Positions 58,508-64,000 of a DNA stretch of 64,000 nucleotides are shown here, piece after piece. How positions within the stretch are numbered: position 1 is the first letter of the stretch; the number at the start of each line of letters is the position of its first letter. The DNA is from a bacterium. GTDB taxonomy: Bacteria; UBA8248. The stretch spans positions 1,344,001 to 1,408,000 of the forward strand of contig OZ253442.1 in assembly GCA_965261085.1 (NCBI GenBank), given 5' to 3'. The notes beneath the pieces were generated by a model that saw only the letters and a list, made by a program, of their open reading frames with translations, had not been told where the DNA came from and did no database searches. A program made the translations under genes and the position numbers.

Positions 58508-60040
58508 ATGGAAGGAACTCTCGGGCACATATTCGCAGCGACCAGCCAACTAGCCTCGCCCGCCATTCTTGCGATCATGCTGGGGGGAGTCGCCATCGGC
58601 GTCCTCATGGGCGCCATGCCGGGGTTCGGCAGTTCACAGGCGCTGGCCCTTCTTTTTCCCCTGACCTTCACGATGCCCGTGGAGCACGCGACCATGTTCT
58701 TCCTCGCCGTCTATTCCGGCGTCGAATACGGCAGTTCCATTCCGGCCATCCTGATCCGCACGCCGGGGACGGGGGCGTCCGCCGTCACCGTGCTCGACGG
58801 CTACGCCATGACCCGCAAAGGGCTTGCGCGCAAGGCGCTGCGCGTCTCCCTCTACTCAGGTGTGATCGGCGGCGTCACGAGCACGCTGATCTTCATCGTC
58901 GCAGGCACCTCACTCGGCAACATCGCCCTGATGTTCGGGCCGGGCGAGTTGTTCGCGGTCGGCGTGTTCGGTCTGTCGATCGTGGCGAGCTTCTTCGGAA
59001 AGGACGCCGCGCGCGGTTTCCTCGCCACGGGCATCGGATTGTTGTTGGCCACGGTCGGGAGTTCGGGCTTCGGCGGGCTGCGGTTCACCTTCGACCAGGG
59101 TTATCTGATGGACGGCATTCCGCTCGTCGTCATCATTATCGCCTTCCTGGCGGGGCCCGAGGCGTTCCATCTCCTGGTGGAGCACAGGCGCACCATCGAG
59201 AGCAAGGAAACCGCCGCTGAAGGAGCCTCCGCCGAGCGCAACCGGATTCAGCCGTGGGAAATCCGCAGCCTCATCCCCACCTGGATTCGCGCGAGCCTCA
59301 TCGGAACGGGGGTCGGCGCGGTTCCGGGAGCGGGCGGATCCATCGCTGGCATGCTGGCTTACAGCGAGGAGAGGCGGTGGTCGAAGCGCCCGGCGGAGGA
59401 GTTCGGCACCGGCATCATCGAGGGCGTCGCCGCGCCCGAGTGCTCCAACAACGCCCTCGTCGCGGGTACGCTCGTGCCCTCGCTCTCGCTCGGTATTCCG
59501 GGTTCGGGCGGCGCGGCCATTCTTCTCGGCGTCCTGATCAGCAAGGGACTGGTTCCCGGACCGCTGCTCTTCCGCGACAACGGAACGTTCGTCATGACGG
59601 TGTTCATCGGCCTTTTCGTGATCAACCTCATGCTCCTGTGCACGGGCCTCGTCGGCACCCGCGCCTTCAGCTTAGTCGCCAAGGTGCCCCGCCGCATCCT
59701 GGGGCCGTTCGTCCTGATTCTCATCGTCGTCGGCAGCTTCGTGTATGCGAACTACACGTCCCACGTCGTCATGGTGCTCATTCTGGGCGCTATCGCCTAT
59801 TTCTTCGAGAAGATCAACATTCCCGTCGTGCCCATCGTGCTCGCCTTCATCATGGGGCCGATCATCGAGATCAACCTGAGCCGCGCGCTCACGATCTCGG
59901 GCGGGGACATGTGGGCGCTCCTGTCCAGCCCCATCACGGCGACCATTCTCGTGCTCTCCCTCATCACGGCCGTCTACAGCATGGCCTCGATGTTCCGAGC
60001 GGCGAAGCTCGGGCTGACCGGCGGAACTCCCGCCGAATAG
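58508..60040 (+). CDS. tctA: tripartite tricarboxylate transporter large permease TctA
   Basis: GAMPG, YGSSIPAIL..TPG, DGYAM, EGVAAPECSNN, LGIPG, PGPLLF. Confidence 0.92.
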   Translation: MEGTLGHIFAATSQLASPAILAIMLGGVAIGVLMGAMPGFGSSQALALLFPLTFTMPVEHATMFFLAVYSGVEYGSSIPAILIRTPGTGASAVTVLDGYAMTRKGLARKALRVSLYSGVIGGVTSTLIFIVAGTSLGNIALMFGPGELFAVGVFGLSIVASFFGKDAARGFLATGIGLLLATVGSSGFGGLRFTFDQGYLMDGIPLVVIIIAFLAGPEAFHLLVEHRRTIESKETAAEGASAERNRIQPWEIRSLIPTWIRASLIGTGVGAVPGAGGSIAGMLAYSEERRWSKRPAEEFGTGIIEGVAAPECSNNALVAGTLVPSLSLGIPGSGGAAILLGVLISKGLVPGPLLFRDNGTFVMTVFIGLFVINLMLLCTGLVGTRAFSLVAKVPRRILGPFVLILIVVGSFVYANYTSHVVMVLILGAIAYFFEKINIPVVPIVLAFIMGPIIEINLSRALTISGGDMWALLSSPITATILVLSLITAVYSMASMFRAAKLGLTGGTPAE

Positions 60041-60144
60041 GCGGGAAAGATGGGGGCGCTCGCCCGGTTGTGATAGTCTCATCAACGATATGCCCGAGGT
60101 GTCAGAACCATTGCAGTCGAGGGATTCTTCACTCGTAGGTGTGA

Positions 60145-60545
60145 ATCACTCCCCCCTTGAGGGGGAGTAGCAGAAGCCAAGCGGTTTGTGCGAAGGCTGA
60201 TGCGTGGGGGGTATGGTTCCACAAAACAAAAGCTCCCCCCACCGGCGCGACTTCAGACTTCGTCCTCGTCTTGCCGACTCCCCCTCAAGGGGGGAGTGTT
60301 GTCTCCTCCCTCCCCGGTCGGCTACATACACCGAATCACGAAATCGGGACTTTTTCAACAGCCCCGCAGAGGGAAGGGGAGTCGCAGAAGCCGAGCCTGC
60401 GCCCATGTTCGTCATTCCGGCGGATGCCGGAATCCAGGACAGATGAGGGTGATGACATGGCGGGACGGCTGCAAAGGCAAAAACGAAAAACAAAGTCGCT
60501 GGATTCCGCATGAAAGCATTGCGGAATGACGAGCGAAGGCGAGGC
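60145..60545. repeat. composite repeat cluster: CTCCCCCTTGAGGGGGAG pair, lone TIR end, GTCATTCC pair
   Basis: 60145..60300 is homologous to 47832..48006; about 60305..60365 is homologous to the right end of 54845..55165; 60410..60437 and 60499..60531 form a GTCATTCC pair. Confidence 0.8.
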
Positions 60546-60571
60546 CACTCCCCGTTCGGGGGCCTGCGCCC

Positions 60572-61804
60572 TCAAATAACGCCGTCTCGCTTGAGCTTTT
60601 CGATCTCTTCTTTCGTGAGACCGAGCCTCTCACCGAGAATCTCCTCGTTGTGCTGGCCGCTAAGTGGAGCGGGAGCGTCGTAGCCGCCGGGTGATTTGCT
60701 GAATTTAAGCGGAAAGCCCGCCGTTTTGACTCCGCTCAGAGGGCCCAGCGTGGGATGAGGGAGGTCTTCGAGCATGTTCCGGGCTTTCAAGTGCGGCCAC
60801 GCGAGAATGTCCTTGATGGTGTGCACCGGCCCGCAGATGACGTCGAAACGGCGCAGTGCGGAGAGCGCCTCCTCCGCGGTGTGTTTTTCCGTCCATTCGG
60901 TAATGACGGCGTCCACCTCGTCGTTGTGCGTGATGCGGCCGCTCAGATCCGCGTAGCGCGCATCGCCCACCAACTCCTCGCGCCCGACGGCGCGCAGAAT
61001 GTTGTTCCAGTGGGCGTCGGTGCCGGAGCCGATGACCAGCCAGCCGTCCCTGGCCTGATATGCGTTAAAAGGAGAGAGGCGCATGATGCGGTTCCCCAGC
61101 CGTTCGGGCAGCCCCAGCGCCTCGTAGCAATCCATCGGCTCATCGAATACCAGGGACAAGAGGCAATCCACCATGGAGACGTCTATCCACTGGCCTTGGC
61201 CTGTGCGCTCGCGGTGCAGCAGCGCCGTGGTGATGGCGCCGAAGGCGAACGTGCCCCCGATGCTGTCCGCGATGGCGGAGCCCGCCTTGGTGGGGGGGCC
61301 GTCGGGAAAGCCGGTGAGGTTCATCAGGCCCGAAACCGCCTGGGTGACGGCGTCGTAGCCCTTGAGCCGGGCATCGGGGCCGCTCTGCCCGTAGCTGGTG
61401 ATGGAGCAGTAGATGAGTCTGGGTTTTCGTTTTTCGAGCGTCTCGTAATTGATTTTGAGCCGCTCGGTCACGCCTACCGAGAAATTCTCGACGAGCACGT
61501 CGGCCTCATCCACCAGGCGATAGAACAAATCCAGCCCGCGCGGCTCCTTGAGATTGAGAGTCAAGGATTTCTTGTTGCGGGTTCTCTTTAAGTAGGCTAT
61601 TCCCAAGTCATCCTCGCTTTGCCGGTGAAAAGACACGCCCTTTGAGCCGGCGTAGGGAGGCCCCATGGCCACTACGTCACCCGTGGCCGGATGGTTCACC
61701 TTGATGACTTCCGCCCCCAGACCGGCGAGCAGGAGCGTGGTCCAGGGTCCCGAGTAGAACTGGGTGAGGTCCAGCACCCGCATCCCTTCGAGCGGTTTCG
61801 GCAT
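60572..61804 (-). CDS. family III CoA-transferase (CaiB/BaiF)
   Basis: PLEGMRVLDLT, LGAEVIKV, RNKKS, AIADSIGG, APLSGQHN; AGGAG RBS. Confidence 0.9.
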   Translation of the reverse strand: MPKPLEGMRVLDLTQFYSGPWTTLLLAGLGAEVIKVNHPATGDVVAMGPPYAGSKGVSFHRQSEDDLGIAYLKRTRNKKSLTLNLKEPRGLDLFYRLVDEADVLVENFSVGVTERLKINYETLEKRKPRLIYCSITSYGQSGPDARLKGYDAVTQAVSGLMNLTGFPDGPPTKAGSAIADSIGGTFAFGAITTALLHRERTGQGQWIDVSMVDCLLSLVFDEPMDCYEALGLPERLGNRIMRLSPFNAYQARDGWLVIGSGTDAHWNNILRAVGREELVGDARYADLSGRITHNDEVDAVITEWTEKHTAEEALSALRRFDVICGPVHTIKDILAWPHLKARNMLEDLPHPTLGPLSGVKTAGFPLKFSKSPGGYDAPAPLSGQHNEEILGERLGLTKEEIEKLKRDGVI

Positions 61805-61890
61805 GACAAACTCCTGATAAAAAGAAAGCGGGACGCATTCTCCTGCATCCCGATGAAGATTATTTGGGGAATAATATACCAAAGGAATGG

Positions 61891-62463
61891 TCAGGAAATT
61901 TTATTGGTGTTTTTGTACTCGCCTGTCATAACCCTTCTTATAATCTCACGCTTGATCCTGCCTAGCGCATCATCGTTGTCTCGGCCAGGAATTATAGCTC
62001 TAACTGAGTCATTGCAGTTTTCACACAGAAAATGTATTTCTCCGAATAGGGTGTTTTGACAAACCAAAATTCCATTGCAATAAGGACAGAAAGCCCATAA
62101 ATCTAAGATTTCTTTTTTTGCCCATCGCCAACGCCATTTAGCGATACCATAAGAAAAAGAGTCTTCATTATATGAAATATGCTCGGGTTCAGGTATGGAT
62201 TCAGTTTTGATGATGGCACTTTTCAGGACTAAAATAATGTCAACAACTTTCCAAGCAGCAAACGCAAAAACAACAAACAAAACCCACCCAGGCAAGAAAT
62301 ACGATGAAATAAGAGCCGTCCAGCACCATAGGATTCCGTGCCATAGCCATATTGTGAGCAGGAGAACAAGGTTAATAGCATAAGGAACTATCCCAATATC
62401 CGTAAAATATTCTGCCAACGCGATACCTAGCGCAGTAACAACAAAAGCTAATAGTTTCTTCAT
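61891..62463 (-). CDS. hypothetical AT-rich membrane protein with CxxC...CxxC zinc-ribbon-like motif
   Basis: N-terminal hydrophobic helices; FCPYC...LCENC; AGGA RBS. Confidence 0.65.
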   Translation of the reverse strand: MKKLLAFVVTALGIALAEYFTDIGIVPYAINLVLLLTIWLWHGILWCWTALISSYFLPGWVLFVVFAFAAWKVVDIILVLKSAIIKTESIPEPEHISYNEDSFSYGIAKWRWRWAKKEILDLWAFCPYCNGILVCQNTLFGEIHFLCENCNDSVRAIIPGRDNDDALGRIKREIIRRVMTGEYKNTNKIS

Positions 62464-62470
62464 TGTCCTG

Positions 62471-62614
62471 TTATTTCTGGTGCTTGATTTTCATATCTTG
62501 AACGATAGCCTTGGCGAGATTTTCCGGTGTAGTAGGGATGTAAATTTTATTTTTCAGTTCGATTTTACTCGATTGATAATCCGTGGATTTTATTTTGAGG
62601 GTTCGCTTTTTCAT
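62471..62614 (-). CDS. small 47-aa ORF not in the supplied track (MKKRTLKIKSTDYQSSKIELKNKIYIPTTPENLAKAIVQDMKIKHQK)
   Basis: ATG at 62614 to TAA at 62471, translated by hand; stops 7 nt before the next ATG. Confidence 0.45.
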   Translation of the reverse strand: MKKRTLKIKSTDYQSSKIELKNKIYIPTTPENLAKAIVQDMKIKHQK

Positions 62615-62676
62615 GGCCGCTCATTTCAGTACTGTTACATTGCCATCCTAGGGCGGTGTAATGGAAATGTAAAGGA

Positions 62677-63030
62677 TTAGCACTTCATATTGGTATCCCT
62701 CCCCATGAAAAGCCATTCTCGTGTCGTATCCAGTACCATCTTATCTCCTATCTTAGGATTTGCTGGCACTTTCAATATGTAATTGGAAATGACTCGCTTG
62801 CCGCCTACATATACGCTCAATGTGCCCATTTCAAATTTCCACGTTCCTAACTCCATATGCGAACAATCCGAACGTAATGCCTTCATGCTCCGGTCTTCAT
62901 ACAACCACATATAGGCTTTGCCCGCTGACCATACACCAACGAGATCAGCTTTCTCCGCGCCATCGGCGGATGTAATCCCCATAGCACCAAGAACGATAAT
63001 GGTTGCGATTGCATAGATAAGTTTCCGCAT
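62677..63030 (-). CDS. hypothetical AT-rich exported protein
   Basis: AAGGAG RBS, signal peptide, lipocalin-like LVGVW and GTW segments. Confidence 0.65.
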   Translation of the reverse strand: MRKLIYAIATIIVLGAMGITSADGAEKADLVGVWSAGKAYMWLYEDRSMKALRSDCSHMELGTWKFEMGTLSVYVGGKRVISNYILKVPANPKIGDKMVLDTTREWLFMGRDTNMKC

Positions 63031-63176
63031 GGCATACGCTCCTTGCCCTTTTGGGATTCATTTGCCCCTGACTCTTACGGGCCGGGCCGGTTGCCAGACG
63101 TATCTCATACAAGGTGGATGCCCCGCCTATTCTCGCGCTAGGAGGCGCGATGTTTTATATCGCATGTCCGGAGTAG

Positions 63177-63998
63177 TCAGTCCCTGCCGTTCGTCGTCAC
63201 CTTGTCTTTGACGCGCCTCGCCTCGTCCATGGGACACAGGGTGATGCAGGTGGCGCAGATGTGCGGCGCGTTCTCGGTAAAGGCCATCATTCGCCCGGCG
63301 AGCTGGAGTTCGGGGTAGCCGTAGCGTTTCTTGAAGACGTCGACGGCCTTCTCGGGCGAGACTTTTTGGGGATACATCACCATACATTTGTAATGATCCA
63401 CCGCGCCGTCTCCCGGGAGCGCGCCCGCCGGACAGGGCTTGATGCACTTGTAGCCGCACTCCACGCAAAAATCGGGCACCACGCCATATTGTTTGGGCGG
63501 GTCGGCTTCGAGCGTAGCCGTCGTGATGACCGCTCCCAGGCGCAGGCGTGAGCCGTATTCGGCGGTGATCAGGTTGTTGTTCACCCCGATTTCGCCTATC
63601 CCCGCATTCACCGCCGCGAGCCTGAGGTCGAAAGAGCCTTGCATGAACACTTCGGGTTCGGGGCCTTCGCGCAGAATGCGGAGCGAGGGAATGTCCCGCC
63701 CGGCGGGCGTGGGCAGCGCCATGTGTCCTTTGTCCTCGAGCCAGAGCGCCAGCCGGTATGAGAGCTTGTTGATCCAGGCCTCGTGCCCGTAATAACCGAA
63801 TTCGAGGTAGCCTACCGAAGGCCGGGAAGTGGCGTTGCCAAAGGGCATCCGGCGCGCGAAGACGACCACGCTCCTGGCGTCCTTTAGCAGGTCTTCGGGT
63901 CTACAGCCCGGAAGAGCTTTCTCAAAACCCGCACCTGAACAGATTCCCACGAGGTCCGCGCCGAATTCACGGGCCTGTTCCTTGACGTCGCCGGCGCC
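63177..63998 (-). CDS. QueG / reductive dehalogenase-like Fe-S protein, 5' end outside the window
   Basis: Frame open to the window edge (..KEQAREFGADLVGI); AAVNAGIGEIG.N, YGSRLRL, CVECGYKCIKPCP, CATCITLCP. Confidence 0.75.
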   Translation of the reverse strand, partial: GAGDVKEQAREFGADLVGICSGAGFEKALPGCRPEDLLKDARSVVVFARRMPFGNATSRPSVGYLEFGYYGHEAWINKLSYRLALWLEDKGHMALPTPAGRDIPSLRILREGPEPEVFMQGSFDLRLAAVNAGIGEIGVNNNLITAEYGSRLRLGAVITTATLEADPPKQYGVVPDFCVECGYKCIKPCPAGALPGDGAVDHYKCMVMYPQKVSPEKAVDVFKKRYGYPELQLAGRMMAFTENAPHICATCITLCPMDEARRVKDKVTTNGRD

Positions 63999-64000
63999 AA

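Noticed and set aside
47832-60545. CRISPR array or integron attC array
   Set aside because: The repeats are dispersed inverted pairs without regular spacers, and no cas or intI gene is present.

Overview
GC-rich bacterial chromosomal segment. It is densely coding, with no rRNA, tRNA, CRISPR array, integrase or intact transposase visible. Core genes are yebC-ruvC-ruvA-ruvB, kdsD, polA, rnr-smpB-ssrA (tmRNA, tag ADNELALAA), ppk1-ppx and an nfuA-like gene. These are interleaved with many catabolic and transport genes (acyl-CoA dehydrogenases, family III CoA-transferases, SDRs, two TAXI-TRAP systems, one TctCBA system). The main oddities are: (1) a ~1 kb integrase-free cassette at the tmRNA 3' end, bounded by 64-bp direct repeats and carrying only an NYN/OST-HTH RNase-family gene; (2) an operon joining a B12-dependent acyl-CoA mutase with a remodelled active site, a CoA-transferase, a crotonase lacking both catalytic Glu, and a 3-sulfinopropionyl-CoA desulfinase-like enzyme, which may be an undescribed organosulfur pathway; (3) a pair of metallo-beta-lactamase-fold paralogues, one keeping metal ligands and one without, next to a non-canonical acyl-CoA dehydrogenase; (4) a tandem bicupin pair; (5) nested mosaics of four families of short palindromic/MITE-like repeats, one abutting a ThDP-enzyme pseudogene; (6) an AT-rich islet containing a 47-aa ORF missed by the ORF track. 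All product calls come from motif recognition by eye; no database searches were run.
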